Part shown: positions 28,369 to 40,640 of the stretch, one piece after another
Numbering within the stretch: the stretch's first letter is position 1
Layout: each line of letters opens with the position of its first letter
Assembly: GCF_001194135.2 (NCBI RefSeq)
Contig: NC_068986.1
Span: 76,684,848-76,743,727, forward strand
Origin: Octopus bimaculoides
Lineage: Eukaryota
Direction of reading: 5' to 3'
DNA: 58,880 nucleotides
Notes under the pieces: model-generated
The model's input: only the letters and a program-made list of their open reading frames with translations
Databases searched by the model: none
Told to the model about the DNA's origin: nothing
Position numbers and translations under genes: made by a program

Positions 28369-29295
28369 CATCTTTTCTACTATAGGCACAAGGCCTGAAA
28401 TTTCAGGGGAGGGGTAGCGTTGATTGCATTGACTCCAGTATTCAACTGGTATTTATTTTATCAACACCAAAAGGATGAAAGGCAAAGTTGACCCTAGCAG
28501 AATTTGAACTCAGAATGTTAAGATGGATGAAATACTGCTAAGCATTTTCAGCTAACAGTTTTAAGTTGGGGGGTGGGCAGTGTTAATCAATTATATCGAC
28601 CCCAGTTTTTTGACTAGTACTTTATTTAATCAACTTTGAAAGGATAAAAGCGAAGTTGACCTTGGCAGGATTTGAACTTAGAATGTATTGAGTTGGAAGG
28701 AATACGGCAAAGCCTTTTTTTTTCCTACACTTGGACAATTCTGCCAGCTCACCTCTTAATAATAATAATAATAATAATAATACCAACAACAATAATAAAT
28801 CATTTTGTCTCTGGTTGCCCAATCCTTGTCAAGAAGGAATACATCCAGAGACATGACAGAGTTGGGGCTTATATACACTGGAAGTTGTGCCAGCACTACA
28901 AAATAACAACAGGAAGAATATAGTATAGGCATACCCAAGAAAAAGTCTCAGAAATTGACAGAGTAACCATACCCTGGGTATTTCAATGTACACAAATAGA
29001 AAAACTAAGACTAATTCGCCAGGTGTTGTCATTAGGAACCACCAAGAAAAAGAAAACCTTCTAATCAACATATCAGTCCCAACAGAGAGACTCTTGAAAT
29101 ATACAAAAATCTAGAAAGAGAGATATCCTGAATGTGGGACCTGAAGACAGAAATAATCCCTATAATAATAGGTGTATTAGGTATGGTTAAAAAACATAGA
29201 CAAATACATAACCAAAAACACCAGGACTTAAAAATATATATGACATACAGAAAATAACACTGCTAGACACTGCACACATCCTACTTGAAATGCTG

Positions 29296-29340
<45 letters not shown>

Positions 29341-32300
29341 GTTTCTGTTTTAGGCAGAATAATAATGGTTTTCTCTTGTAAGGGGGAGGGGATAGTTGAT
29401 TCCATCAACTTTACTGGTACTTTATTTTTTTGATCCTGAAAGGATGAAAGAGAAAGTCAACCTTGGTATGATTTGAACTCAGAATGTAAAGAGCCAAAAT
29501 ATATACCATGAGGCATTTTTCCAGTGCTCTAATGACTCTGTCAAATATTCTCAGTTTGAATTAGTCATCCTTTAGTAATCACTTTTTGTCATTACTGTAT
29601 TTTTCGATATACAAGTCAAATTTTTCAGACTAAAATTTACTACTAAAAAATAATAGGTCAACTTATGCCCAAAGATGATTTTGGTGGATCAAAATTTCCA
29701 TGTAAAATGCATCAAAATTTGGTATGATAGTGGCAGTGTTTGAATGTTTACACTACATACCAGATCAAACAGTATGCAGGAAAATGAGGTTTTTTGACAA
29801 TGGTATTTGGTCATTTTCACTTAATAAATTCCATCATCACCAACTATTAGCTTTTTTAGAGTAACCAAACAGTTCTATTTTCTCAGACAGGCATTACATC
29901 ATTATTCTACATACACTTTATAAAGTCTCTTAGTGTGTTTGTAGCAGAGTCCACTCTGAAACCAAAATTCATGCTAGGTCTCTGATTTGAGGATAAATTT
30001 CTTCCCTTTCTCCCTTCAGTCAGTCACAGAAAGATTGGAAAAGATTGAAAAAGATTACAGGGCCTGCCTTTTCTATGCTCCTAGTAAACCATTAAATAGA
30101 TAAAGAGATCAAACTTACAAAGACTTACTTCTGGCATTGTGGCTTTACATAGCAGTAAATTGCATTCCATGTATGTTGGGTGTTATTGGTACGTTTCATC
30201 CTTTGCTGTAATACTAACATAATTTATTATTAAAATGAAGCAAAAAATGTTTCAGGAAGATTTTACTGAACTTCCTAGTATATATATAGTTGAGTAATTT
30301 TTTTAAAAAACCTTTTTAAAACTAAATTCAACAACTACTGCTGTTGACTGAATCATTCACTCCATTCCAGCAGGGAAGAGAGATGAGATGTTAAAATGTT
30401 ATCTCCTTTTTAGAAACAAGCAAACAAAAAACAGCATAGCAATATTCTGGTGGGATTAATAAATATGTCTCTTCTTTTTTCTAGATCTCATTAGTTATTT
30501 CAGTTTATCATATTCCACCAAATAAGATGATCCAAAGAATTCCATCAAAAGTGAAAACTGGTGTCTTTGGTGTTGATGTTCAGAAAGTTGCTCTGTAAGT
30601 AAAAAAAAACATTTTAAATTTATCTACATTTACTTTATAAACACAGCTATGAGAAATCCTTTAACGTCTTGTGATGATATTTTATTAAAGTATCTTTACA
30701 GCATGTTATATAGGTCCCTATATATATGTTATCATGACATGATTGGTATTGATATATCATTAAATCATTCTGTTAGTTAATCCTTATATGACTAGATTTC
30801 TAGAAGGACTGACTGTTTATTTCAATTGCTTTTCAGTATAATCAAGACTTTAAAGGAGTTTAGTTAAATATCTGTAACTTTACATATCTCCCAATATAAT
30901 AATGAGTGTAGTGTTTTTATATATTTGTATATATATTATATATATTTGTCCATAATCATGCCAGGCGCAGAGGAGGAGAGAAAATAGTAATTCAGTGAAG
31001 AAGTAGTGAGAGTAATAGCCCTAACTGAGAGGGAGTGAGAGAAAGTAATAGCAATGAGAGAAAGGAAGGGGTGATAGATGAATAAGGAAGGGGTGGGAAA
31101 AAAAATCAGTGTTTCAACTCTGTGTAAGTATATATGTGTGTGTATACAAGGGAAGTATGTGAATGTTTGTATGTGTGATTATTTATTATGTACCTTATTT
31201 TGTACCTAATTTATATATATTATATTATCTTTTTTTTTTTTTTTACTTGTTTCAGTCATTGGGCTATGTCCATGCTTTGAAATGGACCCCAACACTTATT
31301 TTAATTCTATCACTTATCCTATTGACCTCGGCTCCTTTTTTGCCCTATATTTACTAAAACTACTAATTTGTGGGGACAACAAATTATGGGAACATTCACT
31401 GAATGTCAAGCAATGAAAACCAAACATAAACACTCAGATTTTTTATATTAAACTTTTTGCTCTGTGTGTGTGTATAAACAAAAGAAAGTAGCACTCAGTT
31501 CATTTGTTTGGAGCTCAAACTATTATTAAATAGTATATATACATAGTTAATGTCATAAGAATTTAGAAACTCCAAGACAATGTGATATAATTCTGTTGTT
31601 GAAGTTGTGAAATTCCATGCAGATAAAGCTATAAATTATGTGTAAACATTGGATTATTGAATTATAAAACCTTTTGAGTAGTCTTCAGCTTTTTTTACCC
31701 AAAGGTTTTTTAACCCAAATTTTGCACACTGTTATTTATAGCTTAATCTCCTTCAAGTTTCACCATTCAAAAAAAAAAAGTATATAAGACAAGATTCCAC
31801 ACAGTTTCTGCCACTTTGTCTACCAATAGCATTCACAAAGCATTGGTTGGCTCAAGATTACAGTAAAAAATATTTGTTCTACCTAATTATAACATTTATT
31901 AATTATTGAAACATTTGTGGTGTTATTAATATTATGGTATATTAAAGAACCAACTGTGTTTATGGTGGTACTGCATGTGTAAATTAATCAAATATCCTAA
32001 ATAGTTGTAAATGACTGTCATTACTTGTATATTTTCTGTTGTGGACAGAAAATGAGGGATCTGCTCAGCCAGTTTCACTCATTGTTGTGTTTTTATTTGC
32101 AACTCATTACCTTTCTCTGTCTTTCTAATAGTAATAATATTGTATTTATAGCTACTAATTATTAGTGATTATACTAAATACAAGATTTTGATAAAGTTTT
32201 AATTTTAAATATATTTTAGTTCAAGTTGTCCCAGGTGAGTTGATGTTAAAACATTAGCTTATTGGCTTTCTTTACTTTTATTGTATATTTTTAATAAGAA

Positions 32301-35236
32301 CTTAAACAATAGGTTTTCTTACTTGTGGAAAGTGTTTTTACTATTAACCCATTAACATACAGATTATTCTGTAAAATACAAAGCTCATTTATTCACATTG
32401 TTTTAAATTAATCATGCATAACCTTGTAGCTTCAATATTTTGATAACGTAATAGTTTATTTTCAAAATAATATTGCAGGGTAGGTGTGAGTGACCAGATA
32501 TGGTAACTCTGAACATAAAACAAGTTGAATATTTTGGCCAGATATGGCTGGTTTAAAGGCTAAAGGGTTAAGACATTATGAAAATTATTTTGAGTTCCTA
32601 TGACTGACATATTAACATTTAGTTTGAATTTTAATACATCTTTGATGATAAGAAACAACAGACATTTTTTTTTAGAATACATGTTTTGCTGTTGGTTTGT
32701 ATCTTTTCACTTAAATGTTGTTTTTTAAAAAAAAAGGAAGAAGTCAATAAAAATGTAATAATTCTTTCTGCTTTTGGTACAAGGCCAGTAATTTTAGGGG
32801 AGGGTAAAGTTGATAACATTGACTCTAGTACTCAGGTGGTACTCTATTTTTATCAACCCTGACAAGATAAAAAGCAAAGTCAACCTTGGCAGAATTTGGA
32901 CTCAAAATGTAGAGAGCTGGAAGAAATGTTGAGCATTTTGTTTGATGTACTAACAACTCTATCCAGGTCACTGCCATGGTGTAATAATCCTTTCTTAATT
33001 TGGCATAAGATCAGAAATTTTTGAGGGTTGGGGAAGTCAATCGCATTGACCCTGATGCTTGACTGGTACTTATTTTATCAACCCTGAAAGGATGAGAAAC
33101 GAAGTTGACCTTGGCAGAATTTGAACTCAGAACATAAAGACAGATGAAATGCTGCTAAGCATTTTAAATGGTGTGCTAACAATTTTACCAACTTGCTGTC
33201 CAACATTATTACTGAGAGAAAATATCTCAGGGGAGCGTTCTGCATATATAATACTAAAGTCTCATGTATGTAATGTAGTGAATTGATAAGCAGTCATTAA
33301 CTGAAATTATCCATGCCATTAGTTGACAAATCCTTCTCTTGAAGACGTTTAACATCTAAAACTTAATAGCAACAAGCAAGAGAGATAACTCCAATAAAAT
33401 CAGTTGAGTGAAATTTTTGAACAATTTAGACAATGTGGATTAGAATGAATCTGGTTGTTAAATATGTTTTGTGTCATTTCATCTTCCTTTTGTTGATTTA
33501 GTGTCCTTAATCTTTTGGAATCTGACATATTTACCTTTATTTTTAGCCATCAAGGAAAAGCAATACCAGACATCATTCCAATCTGCACTCGAGAAATAGA
33601 AAAGAGAGGTATGTAAAGCTGAACCGATCTAAACTCATGCATATTACTATAGGAAACATATTATCTTATTGTCCTAATTACCAGTGGAGGTGGATGCTTT
33701 GAAAGCATAACAGCTACAGTAAGAACAACATGAAGAAAGTTCAAGATACTATTATCTCAGTTTGTAACAAAATGTCTCTCACTCTCAGAATGAAAAGCAG
33801 ATTGTATGATGTTTATGTACAAAGTGAAATGCTACATGATAGAAGTGGGTCTTGAATGCTGAGAACTTTCAAAAACTGAAAAGAAATGAAACTTGCCTAC
33901 TCTGTTGGATGTTCAATATAAGTGTGCATGAACGATAAGGTACAAATGTCTTGAGAGAAATACTGGATATAAGGAGATTCGTATGTCATATGCAAGAGAG
34001 AAGACTGTGCTGGTATGGGCATGTGATGTGTATAGATGAGAGCAGCTGTGTAGAGAAGTGCTGATTGCTCAGTATGGAGTTTGTGGAAGAAGGAAACCAA
34101 AAAGATATGAGACAATTTAAAGATTTTGAACTTCAAAGAGGAGATGGCAAAGAATCAAGGTGATTGGTAATATACAGTGCTTAAGGAATTGACCCATCAT
34201 TGTGAAACTGAGATTCTGGGGGTGTAAGGTGTATGCACACAACTGAGTTCATTGCCCAGTATGTCCTTCTCATGCCTCTATAAACATCACATCATCTTTC
34301 TATCACTGATCCTTCCATCACTCTCCTAACTACTACAGTACTCTGTTGCTGTAATTAAATGAGAGCAGAACTACATATTTCATCATCCTTTTCTGTGTGA
34401 CTAGTTATTTTCCTCCCTTTCTCCCTCCAAATCATTTCCTTTGACATCCACCTTTCTCATTTTACATTCATTATCCACTTCTTTGCTACCAATTATCACT
34501 CTCTCTTTTGAAGCACTTCCTGATGACTCATTCCTATATACATCTGATAATGTCTATCCCTATTGCCATGTTTCTCACTCTCCCGTTACATTATGTCCCT
34601 CACTCTCCTTGAGCCTTATTTCAGCCCCCATTTACCAAATCCACTCATAAACCCATGGTTATAGTAGAAGACACTTATGGAATAAGACTGAATCCAAGGC
34701 CATGTGACTAGAAAACAAACTTGGTGCCCCCCCACACACACACCATGTGAGCATTTTATTTTAAATCGTTATTTTCTTTGTATTTTATTTTTCAATTTAG
34801 GTCTAGATGAAGTTGGTATCTACAGAGTGTCAGGAGGATTAACTGAAGTTAAACAATTAAAATGTGCATTTGAGAAAAGTAAGTTACTAATTTCCCAGTT
34901 CATGTGTTGTATTTCTAAAGAATTAGTTTTTAACTTTATGAAGCCAGAAACTTTAATGGCCAATCATTTAGGATTAAAAAATTTTTTTTTTTCCAATTTA
35001 GTTGATTTAAATGTAAAATTTAATGTAAATGTTTATTTATCATCATCATCTAACTCATTTTCTTTTTTTTTTTCTGGAAGCTGGAATGGGGTGGGTAGGT
35101 CTGTTTTAGCACAATATCTTATCAAAAGGATTTACTGAACAAGTGCGAATGTACAAACAGACAAAAAGGGGTGTGAGTGATTAGGGAAATGTTATACACT
35201 ATATTATTGCATATTAAATATTAATGAATTAGTAAA

Positions 35237-35294
<58 letters not shown>

Positions 35295-38200
35295 TGTATA
35301 TTTGTATTGTTCTGTTTCAGATACAATGAAAGCCCGGCGTGTAGTAGAAGATGCTGACTGTAGTGTTCACACAATTGCTGCTGTTTTGAAACTTTACTTT
35401 AGAGAATTGCCTGAACCATTATTTACCAATCTTCTGTATGACAAATTTATTAGCATTTCTGGTAAGTCACTAATCAAGTTCACAAGTCTTATAATTCTTA
35501 AAGGAGTAATTGTCTGAGCCAACAGGAGCTAAACATTTCTTGTTAAGGTTATCTCTATAGATTTAGCAATTATAACAATTATAACCAGCACTCCTAAAAA
35601 GCTCCTGAAATATGCATATATTGCCCATTTTTCATCGTTCTTGTTGTTTACATCAAGTGTCTCAAATACGAGACAACATAGTAAAATTAGTGCTGGCCAT
35701 AATTTCTATAGAAGATCTGTAGAGATAACCTTAAGAACTGATGTAATAGCACTGGTAACACAGTAGAACATAGTTTTCATTTATAAAAAACATTTAATAT
35801 ACTTTGTTGTATATTAGGGTTGCATAACAAAATATGGTGTCTCTACAGGTCATTAAACAGTTTTGTTAGAGGCATGGGCTACGCAGAGTGGGACAAATTT
35901 CAATAACTCAGACAACTGAGTAAACAAATCAAATTGTTTTGGAGTTATATGAAGAAAAAATCATGCTAAAATACAGTGGTTATACTAACTAACCATTTTA
36001 GTATCTTTTTTAAAAATATCTTATTTCAATCAAAATCTGTGCAGCTTAGAGGTTAGGGTGTTGCATTCCTAATCATAACATCATGGGTTCAATTGCTACA
36101 CCATGTGATGATGCAGTGTGCCCTTGGGCCAGGTGCTCCATTTCATTTTGCTCCAGTTTTCTCAGCCTTGTATTGGGTGTAGCCTTTTCAATATCCAACT
36201 CTTTCATCCTGGATGTTCCACTGCACCAAATGGTGGAAGGTTGAGTGTGTGTTGATGTCTGCTCATGACTACACAGTCAATGTATTATAGATGTTACTAT
36301 TAACATTAAAACTATTGGCCAAAGTATTATAGATGCTGCCAGTCATACTTGTTTATGAGTCACAGGTATGAAAATAATTATTAGCAACAGAGGCAGTATT
36401 AGTACCAAAAAGCAATCTTTATACCCAACTTAATGTGGATGTCTTGTTAGAACATCAAATACATAGACACATGGTGCATAACAGCACAAATCATAACAGA
36501 CCATTCTCGTCTGCTATGATTCATACCTGCACTTTAATTGCACCATACATCTATACGAGAGGACCTCTCAAGGCTAATACTGCAGTATTTGGTGTTCTGA
36601 CAAGACATCCACATTAAGTTGGATATAAAAGTTGTCACAGGTATGATTTTTTTCTTAATGGAAAATTCTAAATGTAGATTTTTTTCTATCTGTTCTCATT
36701 GTAGTAGAAATATACTCTGTTATTATGGTATGTTATATAGATGGATGTTAATACATATATGTATGCATACTCCAGTGGGTTTCAACCTCTTTGACTTTGT
36801 GACACATTGTAGATAAAATAATATTGCTGTTAAGTTAAAAAATTTAGGAAAAATTATAGAACAAGATATTACTTATGTTTAATTAATCACATTTTATGTC
36901 TAAATAATAATACCAACAACATAATAATGCTGATGTTACAATAAAAACAGCAACAGTCTCCATCTCACTGTCTCGTTTCACATTGAACAGATATAAAAGA
37001 ACCCGAACAGAAAGAAAAAGAACTCATTTCACTGATTCATTCTCTTCCTGAGGTCAATTATAACATACTTCTACATATGCTTGATCATCTCAAATGGTAA
37101 GTTACTAATACATTCTCTCATTTATTAGTTTTAATTATTAGACTCTGACTGTGCTGGAGCACTGCCTTCAAGGATTTTTTTCTTTTTGTTTTGTTAATTA
37201 TACTGATCTCCTGGTACCTATTTTCGTGATCTATATCTCTTGATTGGCTAAATTCTTTTGAGTCATACACCTTTAGAAAATTACCTCCCCTTAAAAGTCT
37301 GAACTATCACAAGATATTTACACTAGTGTACCAACATCATCATCAGCAGCTTTTAACGTCCTCTTCTGTGCTGACATGGGTTGGATGTTGTGTCAGAATC
37401 CAACAAGCCAGAGGACTATGTTGAGCTCCAATGTCTGCCTTGGCATGATTTCTACCTCATGCCATCCACTGGGTGCTTTATTTCATGGCACCAGCACCAG
37501 TGAGGTTACCAAGTGATTCACAAGCCATCTCCCTCTCTACTACACCTGCCACTCAATCGAATGGAAGGAGGGTAATGTAGAGAGGGAGGTGACTTTATGT
37601 CACATGTTGAGAGGCTAAAGAATAACAGAAGGACAGGAACAGATGTCTTACTATAGAGGAAATACATGGCTACTGCACATAATATAAGGGTTGGTGGGGG
37701 TAGCTGGGAAGAGAGATAAATATGGTGATGATGAGGTATCACAGCATGCCCTCAAGGTGCAAGAAGGTGAGTATAAGAGCGAATAGAATACAGAGAGAAA
37801 TTTAGGAAGGGTGAGAAGGTGAGTTTATGAGAAGGTGAGAGGAGAATGATAGATAGTTATAGATAAGTACAGAGGTGAATGTAATGAATGGTGAAGAAGG
37901 GTGGAAGTGCAATCAATGGTAAATATCAGTTTAGAGGAAGAGAAAAGTGAAAGAAATAGTTGAGGGTCAAGAAGGAAAAGGTCACAAGCGGCAGTGTAGA
38001 AAGGGTGGAGAGTAGCAGTATAATAAGACTGTAGATACATGTGAAACAAGGAGATGATGTGCGGTGTGGGAAAGTGAAAGAGCACTGTACATTGACAGAG
38101 ATATGGTGGGAGTGGATATAGTGAGTGGTAGATTAAGCGGGGTAGGCATTGATAGCAGTTATGAGAGGTTATTGAGAATAATTGTAGATATTAGAGGGTA

Positions 38201-38593
38201 TTAAACACGAGGTATAGCATCATAAGATGTAACTCAAAGTGAAGGGTGAAATAACTGGCGGCACAGAAAGGGTGATCAGTGGAAAGTAAAGTAGGAAGGG
38301 ATGATATTGAGAATGAAGGGTGTGTGTTAAAGGGAAGTGGTTTCAGTGAGAGGGGGTTACTGATAGCAGAAAAGAGGGATGGAATGTGTGCAATTCTATA
38401 ATCATATGATTACAGCAGCTGAGTAGTTCCGTAATCAAAAGAGTAATGAAGGGTTAATTGTAAGTAAGATGAGAGATGGGGAAGGCTTGACAAGGACAGG
38501 GTCCAGATGGCTGGATCTTCTGGAGCACAGTGAATTGACTATCATCTCAGTTCTTTGTCATTCTCCCCATGAAGCTCTACAACCTGAGATATG

Positions 38594-38645
<52 letters not shown>

Positions 38646-40585
38646 AAACCAATTATTAACAAAGTTAATCCAGTGAAATATGGAGGTGGATTCTGTAATG
38701 AGCAGCCATCTCATTATCCTTTGATATTACTGCCTTTCCCAACAAACTGATAAACATTCCCTCCCATGCATTTCACACCTTTCCCTCCCTTTACATGTAC
38801 ACATGACCCCTCTTGTCTTCTATCTCCTATCCTTCCACTTATTGCATATGTACACATACCATTTTATTCTGTTTAAAACAGCTACACAGTACACACACAC
38901 ACATACACATTATACATAACACATACACACTGCCCCACAGAAAAATACAATTTCAATCACACATGCTCATACATAAAAAAGCATAAACATCAAGTTCCTT
39001 GGCCATTAATTCCCTTGATTCAAAATCTCTTTGCTGTTCAGAAACAACACATGTTTGTCCTACTACTTCTAGTGGCTGAACATTGTTTTTTTCTGAATTC
39101 GTTTTTTTTTTCTTTTCTTTCTCTTGAAAAAGGGTCACAGTTCAAAGTATGAAATCTCTCTTATGGTTCTTCTTTGCAGCATAGAATTAATTACTTTGTA
39201 CACTTCATTCTTTTCATTTTTGTTCTTGAAATCTTTTGGTAAAATTGTAAAGTACGTTGTTCACTTGGTTTACAACTGTTTTTCCATGCTAGTATGAGTT
39301 AAATAAGTACATATTATTGAGATATTGTTTTACAACCAAATGTCCTTCCTTTTGCTAACCCTTACCTGTTTTTCAAATAAAGCATGTTTTATTCAATATA
39401 CATTAAAAAGCACAAAGCTAGCAGACAATTTCATGACAGGGAATTGTCTGCAGTGTTCACTGTCATGTGAACACAGAATGTAAAAATACACACACACACA
39501 CACGTACACTGAACTGCATATGGTTTCCACCTACTAAATTCATTCACAAGGCATCAGTTGATCCAGGGTTACAACAAAAGACATTTACTCGAGGTGCCAT
39601 GAAGTAGGACTGAACCCAAAACTATGTGGTTGAGAAGTCCACTTCTGAGCTGTGTCTATGCCTTAGCACTTAAGCAATGAAATGAAATTGCAGTTTATAT
39701 TTGTCACATTTTTTAAAATACAGCTCTATTATAACTGCTACATCATGCTGCACACTGTTTAGAAATGATATGTCAAAATGACACATTTTGAATAGTTTTG
39801 TGATAATTTTAATATGAAATGGCAACGAAGATCATAGACTAAACAAATATGAAACAGAGTATAACTGAAGTTCAGTTTCTGATTCTCAGTTGTAACCATT
39901 TCACTTATGTCAATAATACTCTGGAGAAAGACATGAATATCATATATCATTTACAGCAACCTCTTGTGAAGAAACCATCACATGGACACTTGATCTGCTA
40001 CTTTAAATTACAGATTGGTATCTTATAAAAAAGAAGGTGCATGGTTTAGTGGTTGGACTCATGATCATAAGATTTAGGTTTTGATTCCTAGACTGCACGA
40101 TGTACTGTGTTCTTGAGCAAAACACTTCATTGCACATTGCTGCAGCCCACTCAACTGGTAAAATGAGTCAATCTGCAACAGACTGGCATCCCATCCAGGG
40201 AAGAATATATATATGTAACATCTTAGCTCGTAAGTTACCTCATCATTTCGTATTTGTCTTGCTTTTATCTGTTTATTTGTGGATTCCCTGAAGATGAATA
40301 TATGAGGAATTCCAGCAGCTCTTACTTCTTTGTAGAAGAGCTCTCTCATATATTTTGAAACATGTGTAGGAATTAAAGGAACTTTTATTTATATGCGTTT
40401 TGCTCCATTTATTATTATTATTTATATCTTCTCAAAATGTATCACTTTAACTTGGTATCTCTACCTGTAAAACGGCTGTGATATCTTGGTTTCTAGTGTA
40501 ATTTTGATACCTCTGGTAACTATTAACATATTTACATTATCAAAGGTTTTTTTAAAACTGAGATAATATTAATATATACATAAAC

Positions 40586-40640
<55 letters not shown>

